Made by a program: the position numbers and the translations under genes. A DNA stretch of 64,000 nt from Schizochytrium sp. TIO01. Taxonomy: Eukaryota; Protista; Bigyra: Labyrinthulomycetes. This document shows positions 33,973 to 44,753 of the stretch, piece after piece; position 1 is the stretch's first letter; each line of letters starts with the position of its first letter. Location of the stretch: positions 5,620,862 to 5,684,861 of the forward strand of contig SMSO01000025.1 in assembly GCA_004764695.1 (NCBI GenBank), given 5' to 3'. The notes under the pieces are model-generated. The model did not search any database, was not told the DNA's origin, and saw only the letters and a program-made list of their open reading frames with translations.

Positions 33973-36900
33973 TTTTTTATTTGCTAGCTTGTTCAAAGTT
34001 CTTTCTTCGATTGTGCAAGTTTTCCCTTTCTTCCTGTCAATCATCCAAAAAAAGTATTTACCCGTACCCATACCTACTCGAGAGTAGCATATTACAAAAT
34101 AACAAAATAAACGAAAGAAAAGAGGGCTTCGGAAGAGAAGGTTTCATTTCTCATTCTTGAGAAAGAAAATGACTGATCAGAACAAAACTTTTCTTACCAA
34201 AGAGAATTTGTTTGACTGATTGATTGATTGATTGATTGATCGATCGATTGTCGATTGATTGATTGAGCGATTGATTGATGGATTGAACGACCTGAAAGCA
34301 GATTGACTAACAATCAAACTGCTCGTTGTGTGCGGCCTGTGCTGCATTATTGTCATCTCTCCCGCTCAGCTCGATGCCGCGCAGGTGGAAATATGGGTAG
34401 GTACGTGCTAGCAATTGGCCTCCTCCACGAACTGCCCTCCCTTCCCACTGCTCCTGTCCCGTACTTCGCTCTTCACGTACTAAGCTGAGAGGCAGAAAGC
34501 AACGAAAAGAAAGCCAAATAAATACCTAATTTGAAGAGAGGTAGTAGTGCTATATTGTTATTGTGCGATGATGAGCACAATTCACCATGCGCGCATGAAT
34601 TCTCCTTGCCAGCAGCCTTCATGCATACCGCACGAAGATAACCTAATCGACGTCCTCGTGCTGTAGGTGTCTTGCGGCACGAAGACGTCCTGAAATAGAA
34701 GCCGTCAGACGCTGGTGGCGAATGACACAGACGGGAGAGGAGTCAAGAGTGCTGCTTGCTTGTTCGTCTCTTTGATTCGCCTTCTTTCTTCTTCAAGTTG
34801 TTTACTGCAATACTCAACAGTGTGCCTAAATGTAAATACAGAAGTAAACATTGCTAAATTTGCTTCTTTATATCATGATTTGAAGTTGCTTCTTTACGAT
34901 GACGGACCCTAATTCATATTCATATTTATATTTATACATTCACCCCTGTATTAGTAATAAAATGTTCTTTCTGTTTAGAAGAAGGTTGTTTATTTTCATT
35001 TAAAGTTTCTATTTTCATTAAAAAATATACATCGCAATGTCTGTCGTAGGTGGGCTGTAGATACCTGAATCCTATGCATGAAGTGATTCAACTGCTTTCA
35101 CGAAGCTGCTGTTACTGTGAATTAAAGCTCACTCATGGCTTCTTTCTATAAACAAAGGCGGAAGAAGCACGATCAATCAATCGTGCTTAACTTGGGTCGA
35201 TCGATCGCAGTAGTTCGTCAGGTAGGAGGAAGGACTTGGCGCAAAAGGACCACGTGGAGGGAGACCTCTTTGACGAAGACAAGCTCTACCTACCTGCTGA
35301 AGGAGGCCGGCCTCGCTCTGTTTTGGAGGTTCTCGCAGTGTTTCGTTGACTCCAAAGGTATCCTCGCCCTGGTGCTGGAGTCTGGGCGGAGTAATACATA
35401 CATACCTATATCGATAGGCGGTGCCTTCACATTCACATGTAGGATGACGAGGGTTGGCGACCTCCAAGTCATCCACGTGCATCTGCAAATCAATGGTTTC
35501 GTACCTGAAGAGATGTAGAACTCCTGAACCTAAGAGAAAGTCTGCATTGATTGTAAGAGCGGCCGTGGAGGTTTGTTTTTGAGATACCCAGGCACTTAGT
35601 GACCGCGTTGATCATTAATGGTGTAAAGCACAGGTGGTCGTCATAATAGAGATAGATGGACAGCTCTAAGCTCCTGCCTCGTGGCTGAAAGCCGAGGTCA
35701 GACGTTGCCAGACTGAAGCAGCGACGTCGCTTTGCTGCCACGTCAGTTTCGGGGAGTCCGACTGTGATGAGTCAGCGTGCGAATTGAGGAATGAGAGCTA
35801 GAGTTACACGGATTTCGAAGTAGGTACGGCAGACCACGGGTGTTTTATTAGTATTATGCAGAACTAGATCTAGCTAGATGTTGCTGGTGGTAGGTAGTGG
35901 TATCTACATACTGCTACTGCCAGGCTAGGGGGGCAGTTTATAGCGTTTTGCTGGCTGGATTGCTGGCGTTGTTCGGGTTCCCATGCTCTGCTGTGCTCAG
36001 TTTCAAGCGGAAGTGGCTATGAATACTGCCTGTAACTAGCTAGGTACTGAAGGGTCAGATGCCTGGAATAATCGAATACCAGATCGACAAACAAATAAAT
36101 AAATGCAAAACATTTGATGCTATTTTTACAAAAATTATTTTTACAAAAATTGTTTTTACCAAAATTCATCAACAACGAAATGGGATAAATCGATTGAGCA
36201 ATCGGTCGATGAAGAACCAGAGAGCAATCAATAACGAACGATTGTAGCGTCGAACACATCTCCAGACTTTTCTCGAAAAGTCTGGGAAAGAAGAATGTGT
36301 CGGTCGAGATGATCTCCGCTGGCGCAAGGAGCACATTATGTAACACGAGTGGGACACAGCCACAACGCCTTGCCGGACACAATCTGTCTTTACCAATCAA
36401 TACACAGTTCTTGCAAGAATTGCAACCTGCGATCAAAGCGGTTGCTGAGAGGGCCCGACCATAGGCAACGTCGGCTGCAGTTACAGCAAAGGTGACAGCC
36501 AATTGCCCAAAGCGTTGCAGGTCGCCATTTCTTCAAGCATGTCGAGGCGTCAACTAGCGAGCAGTCAGTGAGCGGGCCCGAGGGCATTCCCATCAGAGCT
36601 CATGGCGTCGATGACTCAGCGTGTATCTCGGCCGATCCGATTCTAGCTTCGTCGAATCCCGTCCACCTGCCATGACTCAAGATTTCAATCTCAACCTGGG
36701 TTCCAGGCTACACTAGGCCAACCTGTCCTGCCTTGGCCTTCCGGCGAGGGCGTGCGTACGTAGTGGCTTTCATGGTGGCCTGCTCGGGCTCTCTTTCATC
36801 AGCTCTCTGTTGACCGGATAGCGTGAAAAGACAGACAAATACCTCTTCTTTTAATTAAAAGCTTTCTCAAAACTTGCTTTCAAATGATAAAAGAATTTGG

Positions 36901-37443
36901 GAGAAAGAAAGAAGTATTTTTTTTAAATTAAAAAAAAGAAGGTAGTAAAGAAAGGTTAAAGAATAACTGGAAAAGAAATGCGGAAAACTAATATGATCCC
37001 TTCCCGCTTCTGAGAAGAAGTAAAACCCACTCTCTGCGCTGTACATTTTTGACTCATTGCACTGGCCCCATTTTATATTGAACAGGTCAGGGGCGGCTAT
37101 AAGCCATACTTCGTGTACGTAAGTGTGCAAATAAATCGGTAGACAGTCTGGGATAAACATGCAAATAAACACACAGATCAACAACCAATTCCGGTTTCTT
37201 GAAAAGATGAATTCTATCAAGAATCAACAAATAAATAAATCAATGCGTACCTGTGTTAGGAGTATCCAAGCGCTAGTTACTGACTCGATTGGTTAGTTTG
37301 CTTTGTGGCTTTTGGATTCATCGCTCTTTGGGCACTTCGGGAAGTTAGCTGGTGGCTTGGTTGGTCTAACTAATGTGGAAGACGGAGGAGGTCCTTCTCT
37401 TCTGCTCTTCTTCAGGTTCCTTGATTCCAGTATTTGTTTGTTT

Positions 37444-37560
37444 ATTCATTCATTCATTCATTCATTCATTCATTCATTCATTCATTCATTCATTCGTTCA
37501 TTCATCCATTCATTCATTCATTCATTTATTCGTTCATTCATCCATTCATTCATTCATTTA
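37444..37560. repeat. Imperfect (ATTC)n microsatellite
   Basis: Direct reading. Confidence 0.93.
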
Positions 37561-40413
37561 TTTATCTCACGAGGCCCTGTTTACTTTTCATATGCTGGAT
37601 TTATTGTTGAATTTCCAAGCCTCAGGGCGCCTCAAAAGTTGGTCAATCTGGGCATTCTGTATTCTGTGATACAGGGATGCTGGTTTTGGGAATGCCATGC
37701 ATAGAATGAGACCTATTTTAACACGTTTATTTATGTTCCTTCTGGCTTGTGGAGAGGTTCTCGAGCACTTGTGTGTGTGCGTATGTGTGTCAATGGTTTG
37801 ACAGCGCATGGCGCAATGAAGCAAATTGTCGCGTGAGGAGGACCAGCTCGCCAAGATTGCCCAGCTGACGAGGAGTACGTAGCTAGTACTTGCCATGGAC
37901 GGGACTAGGCCTGGTTTAATTCTTCTGCTGGTCGAACTTATACGCACATGGTTAATTTAATTATTATTGATCTCGCAAGCACTCGAAGAATCGAAGAATT
38001 AAAGAAGCGACTCCTGAGCAAACCAAGTAGCCTGGCGGCGGTTCTCTAGAAATGTACGAAGAGTGCCAATGTCGGCCGCGTTCCAGACACTTGCAGGGCA
38101 AGCAAAGTCTGGGATTCCAAAGGAGGTATGTGTTTGTAGTGAAGAAGCGTGTAACAACGTGGGGTTTTGATCACTGATTTGGCTTGGCTTGCCGGCATTT
38201 GGCGAGAATGATGGTAACTGAAAGGTGTGGCAGGAGCCTTGTGACTAGCACTCTTGTGGTGAACAGACACCGTGGCGTTGGGCAACATGTGAAGGAGCAA
38301 CGAGGGGCTGGCGACGGCATCAAGACAAGACGAGAGTGCTGATGCATGCATCCATATCACCGATTTCGAAAAACTCTTATCTGAATATGTGACTAACTTA
38401 GTCAACCTCTACCACGAGGGTTAATTGTTAATAGTGATAAACCACTTTTTTTAAATTTTTTTAAAATTAAGATATCCTTTTTAAAATAATTTAGTCTATA
38501 TGAACTAAAAGGACCATCATGAAACGATGGCGAGCAGAAATGCCCAGCAATACTGCGTTCCCGGGCAGCAACAGGACTCAGCTCAGAATCGCCGACGTGC
38601 CTTCTTCCGATGTCTATATTTGCCGCGACCAGATTAGCCCCTATATCATGGACGATCATAATCTACTCCGAGCTTTTGTGCGCAAGAGAACGTCTCTCAT
38701 GAAGTTGTGTACCAATTTACCCCAGGCCAGCGATTACTACTGACTAGGTATGACACCAAGACAAAGGAACAATTTATAGTCATGTTTGAAATTGTGCAGG
38801 CCACCTACGATCTGAGCCCAGCCACGATGAAGCTTGTGGTTGACCTCATTCTAAACCGTGTGCCCCCGATCAATTAGACTTAAAAAAAATAAGAAGTTTA
38901 TAACAACGAACCCAAAGGTATCTGATAATAGTCTCTTACCTGATGTTGAAAACCCTAACAATTTGATCCATCTACGTGCACACAGCGTCAAAATATTATA
39001 TGGTGTCGGAGGGATGGTTTTGTAAACGTTGATTCATTCGAGCTCACTCTTCTATGGCAAATGGATCAATGTTTCATGGAGTTATTAACCAAAATAAAAG
39101 GAAGATAATATACACAGCCCCGTGTGTTGATTTGTCACTAAAAATGTGTAAATAAATTCATTCCGTGGCGAGTTCAGGGTGTAGATTAGAAGAAAAAGTT
39201 GCCATCAAATACTAACGATGTGTTTCAAATACACGACCTTGTGGCTCGTCGAGCTTCAAAGACGACCATCTCCGTTCTTGGAACGTTCCTTTAGTTTGCC
39301 GCAAGGTATTTCATACTTTTGAGGATAGATGACCTTGAGCACACAAATGTACATTACGGATGTCAGTGCCACGAAACCAACGTCGACCCCTGAGACGAGA
39401 AAGAGGAAACTATCGTCGCCCATTGCTGCTGTGTTATCTATCGTCCCCGATGGCTGTGATGGGTTCTGAACGTAATATATGGGAAAGCAAATATGACGAC
39501 GACGATGAAGAAGAAGAAGAAGAAGAAGAAGAGCGAGACCCGCAATATGATTTGACTTATACAATGGTAGTGACACGCAAATGGATTTGGGAAATGAGGC
39601 TTCGATATAGACAAACACGCTACCAAAATTCACAATGCTACGTCACCGCATGCATGCTTGCATGCAAAGAGTAGAGTCAAACTCGGAAGAGGCGCTCGAT
39701 GTGCACGAAACCCCGCGTCTCCCACTGCGCTGTGAAAGAACACAAAACCCGCAAAGTCCAGACTCCAATATTCTGTTGGTGTATTTAGAACTATCGTGCA
39801 TAGGGGGTCGGAGGCCAGCACTTTTGCCAAATGGGAGGCTGATCACAGTACAGATCATCACGTGCAGGACATCAAGCATGCGGAATCGACGCCACAAAGC
39901 GGGTGCGTGAAATTATTTTCATAATAGCCTCTGGCATCCACTTGGAGATAGACAAATCAGTCTCACGGACAAGGCCGTCTGTCACAAGGCTTTCCAGCGA
40001 TCGTGTCCTCTGGCTGAAATGACACTCCCAAACCTAGAGATTATTAGGTGTGCAGGCAAGCGATACCTTAAATACGCGGGTAAAATGTTGTCAACGGACA
40101 TTGTGGCAAAACGTCTGATGGCTTGGAACACAACACAATTGGGGTGCTCTTCAACAATACAGAAATGGCCATGAGTGAATTAAACCGCAGCAAACGTTCA
40201 GCAACGGCGGCCTCTGTTGTAGCAGGCACTCCACGAAAACCACTGACACAGAAAGTAATGTCTCACGGTTCTTCTTTAAAAAACAAATAAAAGAAAATTG
40301 TAAAAAGTAGAAAATGTAGCGTTCTCCTGCAAAAAGCGATGGGTGGCCGAGGCCGACAGCGTAGTCGACACTCGAAGGGTTGTCGACCAGAACCAAACTA
40401 AAAAAGAATGCTC

Positions 40414-40485
40414 TTTCCAGACCGGGAATTGAACCCGGGTCTCCCGCGTGACAGGCGGGGATACTAGCCACTATACTATCTGGAA
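40414..40485 (-). tRNA. tRNA-Asp(GTC) copy 15
   Basis: Reverse complement of the same 72-mer. Confidence 0.97.
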
Positions 40486-40618
40486 CTGGCAACTCGAGCA
40501 GATGAGTTTCCATGCCCGGCTGCGATCACCGGTTGAATGCCAAAAAGCAAACTCGACATTTATTGCTAAGTAACACGGTCATTCTCAAACTATTCCACAA
40601 AAAGGAAAAAAGAAGGTC

Positions 40619-40690
40619 TTTCCAGACCGGGAATTGAACCCGGGTCTCCCGCGTGACAGGCGGGGATACTAGCCACTATACTATCTGGAA
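40619..40690 (-). tRNA. tRNA-Asp(GTC) copy 16
   Basis: Reverse complement of the same 72-mer. Confidence 0.97.
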
Positions 40691-40817
40691 CAGGTAATTC
40701 ATCGAATGAACTCCCAGGCCCGGCTGTGATCACCGGTTGTAAATTCAGAAGCAGAGGAGACATATATTCGATGGTATTGCATCTATTTTCACATGTGAAA
40801 AAAGAAAAAAGAAAGTC

Positions 40818-40889
40818 TTTCCAGACCGGGAATTGAACCCGGGTCTCCCGCGTGACAGGCGGGGATACTAGCCACTATACTATCTGGAA
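40818..40889 (-). tRNA. tRNA-Asp(GTC) copy 17
   Basis: Reverse complement of the same 72-mer. Confidence 0.97.
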
Positions 40890-41019
40890 CTGGCAACTCA
40901 ACGAATGAATTTCCATTGTCGGTTACGATCACCGTTGAGATACAAATGTGACCTGGATGATTATAAACTAAAATTATTGATTCCCATGAAAGTATTTAAT
41001 AAAAAGAAAAAAGAAAGTC

Positions 41020-41091
41020 TTTCCAGACCGGGAATTGAACCCGGGTCTCCCGCGTGACAGGCGGGGATACTAGCCACTATACTATCTGGAA
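41020..41091 (-). tRNA. tRNA-Asp(GTC) copy 18
   Basis: Reverse complement of the same 72-mer. Confidence 0.97.
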
Positions 41092-41401
41092 CAGGTAACT
41101 CGGAAGAGCTGCCAGAATCGGTGTTGACCACCGCTGATTCCTTGACCTTGATGGCTGAGTTGACACACATAAAGATTGGCAGTAAAGTCCCTAATCACTA
41201 GAGTAGGTATCTCTAGGTATGTAGTTAGGGTCACGATGAATAAAATGAATGAAGGAATGAATGAATAAACGAATGAAGGAACGAATGATTTCGCACCCTT
41301 GTTGAAACATTGAACCCTTTAGATCGCTTGTGTGCTTGAGGGTTCGATCAGAAGCCAAAGAATCACAACCAACTCTTTTTGAATTCACGAGAGTGGTCAC
41401 G

Positions 41402-42490
41402 ATGGTTCGAAGTGCGACTCCTGCAGAGGCGGACGCGGTGGCGAAGTTTGTGGCTGAGGCTGGCAAAAGGTTTGGACGCGCGGTAGATGCAGTGGAGGCC
41501 GGTGGTGTTTTCCCACAAGCGCTGCGAGACTTGGCGGTGCGGGTTATGCAAGAAACGAAGTCGCAAGTAGATACATGCGTTGTTGGTAATCGCGATCTTG
41601 TACCTGAAAATGTGGTCAGCTCTGCTGTGGAAGTCCCACTTGGAGACACCCTAGGCGTGCTTACGTTCTACAAGTCCGGCCTGAGCCTTAAAGAAGTGCG
41701 ACGATTGCAAAAAGCACAGCAATCCAAGGTCGAAGATAACGATGAGAATGGCGAAGAGGAAGACTCAAACAAACGTAAGGCAAAATCTAAGCCTGTGCCT
41801 GAGGATTTTTTGTCCTCACAAAAGAGATCCAAATCGACAGAATCGCTTCCAGCAATTGAAATTGAACATGTGAAGAATGTGTATGATTCAATTGCACCTC
41901 ACTGGCATGGAACACGATACAAAGCATGGCCTAAAGTTGAGTCATTTGTGCGTGGGCTAGCACCTGGATCTCTTGTTGGTGACTTTGGATGTGGTAATGG
42001 CAAAAATCTTCCGGCATGTTCAGAGTCCGGGCTAGGATTGGGCTGTGACTTCAGTGCTGGCCTCGTCAAGATTTGCGCCGAGCTAGGCCATGAAGTGAGT
42101 GTAGCGGATGCTACTCGACTGCCATATCGGGATGGCGTGTTTGATGCTGCACTCTCTATTGCTGTCTTGCATCATATTTCTACTGAAGCTCGACGGGTCC
42201 GACTTATTTCTGAAACTATGCGTGCTCTGCGTGAGGGTGGTGTGGCTTTATTTTACGCATGGGCTCAGGAGCAGCATGAAGGAGTATCTGGACATCGCTT
42301 CGAAGAAGCCGACGTCTTTGTGCCATGGCATTTTCGGGGTCAAGAACAAGTGTTTGATCGCTACTGCCATGTATATCAAAAGGGAGAGCTAGAGTCGCTC
42401 TTCGCTCAAGTCCCGGGTACCTCTATTGAGACTTCATATTATGACTGTGGAAACTGGTGCATTATTGCCAAGAAAGTTCCAGTAGAGTAA
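41402..42490 (+). CDS. TRM9: Trm9/ALKBH8-type tRNA (carboxymethyluridine-34) methyltransferase-like protein with N-terminal extension
   Basis: EHVKNVYDSIAPHWHGTRYKAWPKV, DFGCGNGKN, ADATRLPYR, SIAVLHHIST, YAWAQEQ, DVFVPWH, RYCHVY..GEL and DCGNWC. First ATG at 41402. Confidence 0.88.
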   Translation: MVRSATPAEADAVAKFVAEAGKRFGRAVDAVEAGGVFPQALRDLAVRVMQETKSQVDTCVVGNRDLVPENVVSSAVEVPLGDTLGVLTFYKSGLSLKEVRRLQKAQQSKVEDNDENGEEEDSNKRKAKSKPVPEDFLSSQKRSKSTESLPAIEIEHVKNVYDSIAPHWHGTRYKAWPKVESFVRGLAPGSLVGDFGCGNGKNLPACSESGLGLGCDFSAGLVKICAELGHEVSVADATRLPYRDGVFDAALSIAVLHHISTEARRVRLISETMRALREGGVALFYAWAQEQHEGVSGHRFEEADVFVPWHFRGQEQVFDRYCHVYQKGELESLFAQVPGTSIETSYYDCGNWCIIAKKVPVE

Positions 42491-43025
42491 GAAACACAAA
42501 ACACAGCACGGGAAGGAAGCCTCAATTTGCAGGATGTTTTTCTAAGCAGAGCGAAGCTCGGTGTCTGCTTAGTAATTCAATGAATACCTTAGTTGAGCCA
42601 CCCGGCAGTGTTTCTTGCAGTCAGCAAACCTTTCTCTGCCGGGGAACCTCTTTTGCAATAATAAGACGAAAACTCATTGTCCGAGCAAGGTATGTTAAGT
42701 CTCCGCATCCCAACTCGACAGATAGGACTTTCTTTGTCGCCTAAATTAGTTGTTGTACCCTAATAGTGAAGAAGATATTGATTTGTCAAACAAACGCATG
42801 CGTGTCACACTCTATACTTAGCAATAAAAGCTTTCTTGCTTTTTCATTAGTCTGGTGCATGGAGTCAGACTGAATATTAGAGAATCACGTTGTGCGCTTT
42901 CAGAATCAGAAAGACAAGACAGACTCCAAAAGACTAGAAAGACATCCAACAGGGCTCAATTCGTTCAATAAGAGGATTAAAAATGTTATTTCATATGAAG
43001 GATTTTCCAGATCACGGAGTCGCGA

Positions 43026-44753
43026 TTAGGCCGTGACAGAGGGTGCACCATCCTTGTCACATTCGCAGCGAGGCGGATCACAACAGGGTAGAATGGAAAG
43101 ATCCTGCCACAGTTTCATTTGGTTGGGTTGCGAGGGGTAGGTAGAAAATGAACTACGGTGGGCATGGACGGCATCGCTAATACGCTGCTGCAGATCTGCA
43201 TAGGCAGAGAAATTGCTAGGCAGAAGAGGCTTACTCTCGCTAATGTCCTCTACAAGATCAAATAGAAGTGGCGGCGAATGAATTTGCACAGAACTGCCAG
43301 AACATCCGCAGATACTTGCAGTAGGGCAAGAATCAAGACCTGGTTCCCAAATTGCAGTGGAGAAGTGTGCCTTGTAGCGACTGTCCAGGCGAACTGCAGA
43401 GAGTTCTTCTCCGCAATAATGGAACATGATTTCATGTGGGCTTGATTTCGCCTCGCGTGCTGCATAAGCAGAGATATCCTTACCATCTAACATGCCAAAA
43501 GGCCTGCTTAATTTGCGAGAGCTGTCTGGCGCAAGCTCTGCGTCCACCAAAGCTAGTGTGGTAGGGAAAATATCCATCGTAGATACAGATCCAGGCAGGA
43601 CCTGGCCTGCAGGAAACCTGCGCGGATAGCGGACCATGCCCGGAATGCGAATTCCACCTTCATATGTTTGTCCCTTTGCTCCACGAAGGGGCCCGGAGGA
43701 CCCACCCTCATGCCCACGTTCTTTAAAAGGACCATTATCAGATGCAAACCAGACTAACGTGTCATCTGTCAGCCCTTGAGCCTCAACCTCATCGAGGATA
43801 GCACCAATCGACCAATCAAGTTCTGCGATGTTGTTCAAGTAGTTGACTTCTCCAAAGCTCTCGTGGTTAAATAGGGCTGTGTGGACCTTCACGTAACTCA
43901 TGTACAAGAACCAGGGTTTATCACCTCGAGATGCACGCTTAATGTAGCCGAGGGCATCTGCAGTAAGACGTTGGGTGAGGTTGGCAAGCTTGACTGGCTG
44001 CTGAATAATATCCTCATTGCGGTACATCAAGCAATTCTTTGGGCTCATGAGGGTATATGTGCTAGTAATGTACCATGCCAGCGCGAAAATTATGCCCTCC
44101 AGAACCAAAAGACTGGCAAAGCCGCGATTTCCTACGAATCCAGCAAGGCGTAATATAAGAGCCCCACCAAAGATCGAAGACCACAACATAATGAGATTCT
44201 CAAACAAGTATTGTGCCAGTGTTGGCTGTTTATAGATTGTCTTGCCCGGGGCGCAGGATTGAACGTTTGTGATGGGCATTCCATAATAGTTTTCAAAGCC
44301 GTGATGAGTAGGGAGCCACTTGGTCTCCCTACCGATACCCAAGTGCCATTTACCCGTCATGTGCGTCGAATAACCGCGTTCCTGCAAGGCTTCTGCAATT
44401 GTGAGTTCTTCATGGGGCAGACCAGTTGGAGAAGTTGGGTGGAAAACTCGTGTTTTGAAGTCACTGGAAGCAAGGCCAATACGAATAGGTAGTCTCCCCG
44501 TCATCAAGGCACCTCTTGAGGGCGTGCAAATACTTGAACCTGAAAGCCATTGTGTAAATCTCACACCATCTGCAGCGAGCTGGTCAATACGAGGCGAGGC
44601 AACGCTGGCGTTGCCTTGGCAGCCAAGATCGAAGTATCCGAGGTCATCCACAAAAAAAACAAGCACGTTTGGGGGGCGAGCTGAGCTCACAAATGCGATG
44701 GCTGCGAGGAGAGCAAGCTGAAGCGTCAATTTGTGGTTTGCCACACGAGTCAT
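43026..44753 (-). CDS. Steryl-sulfatase-like arylsulfatase (signal peptide, membrane hairpin)
   Basis: PNVLVFFVDDLG, formylglycine motif CTPSRGALMTG, GKWHLG, two internal TM helices, SDNG, EGGIRIP and PLLFDL. An alternative upstream ATG lies at 44792. Confidence 0.93.
   Translation of the reverse strand: MTRVANHKLTLQLALLAAIAFVSSARPPNVLVFFVDDLGYFDLGCQGNASVASPRIDQLAADGVRFTQWLSGSSICTPSRGALMTGRLPIRIGLASSDFKTRVFHPTSPTGLPHEELTIAEALQERGYSTHMTGKWHLGIGRETKWLPTHHGFENYYGMPITNVQSCAPGKTIYKQPTLAQYLFENLIMLWSSIFGGALILRLAGFVGNRGFASLLVLEGIIFALAWYITSTYTLMSPKNCLMYRNEDIIQQPVKLANLTQRLTADALGYIKRASRGDKPWFLYMSYVKVHTALFNHESFGEVNYLNNIAELDWSIGAILDEVEAQGLTDDTLVWFASDNGPFKERGHEGGSSGPLRGAKGQTYEGGIRIPGMVRYPRRFPAGQVLPGSVSTMDIFPTTLALVDAELAPDSSRKLSRPFGMLDGKDISAYAAREAKSSPHEIMFHYCGEELSAVRLDSRYKAHFSTAIWEPGLDSCPTASICGCSGSSVQIHSPPLLFDLVEDISESKPLLPSNFSAYADLQQRISDAVHAHRSSFSTYPSQPNQMKLWQDLSILPCCDPPRCECDKDGAPSVTA

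Noticed and set aside
35177-35488. MHVDDL as a reverse-transcriptase YxDD motif
   Set aside because: Isolated match with no flanking RT motifs.
40336-40390. A-box-like GGTGGCCGAG plus GTCGACA/TGTCGAC hairpin as an additional tRNA
   Set aside because: No B-box or cloverleaf.
14292-41170. Recurrent short ORFs containing PDSIVASIPACHAGDPGSIPGLE
   Set aside because: These are translations of the tRNA-Asp sequence, not proteins.
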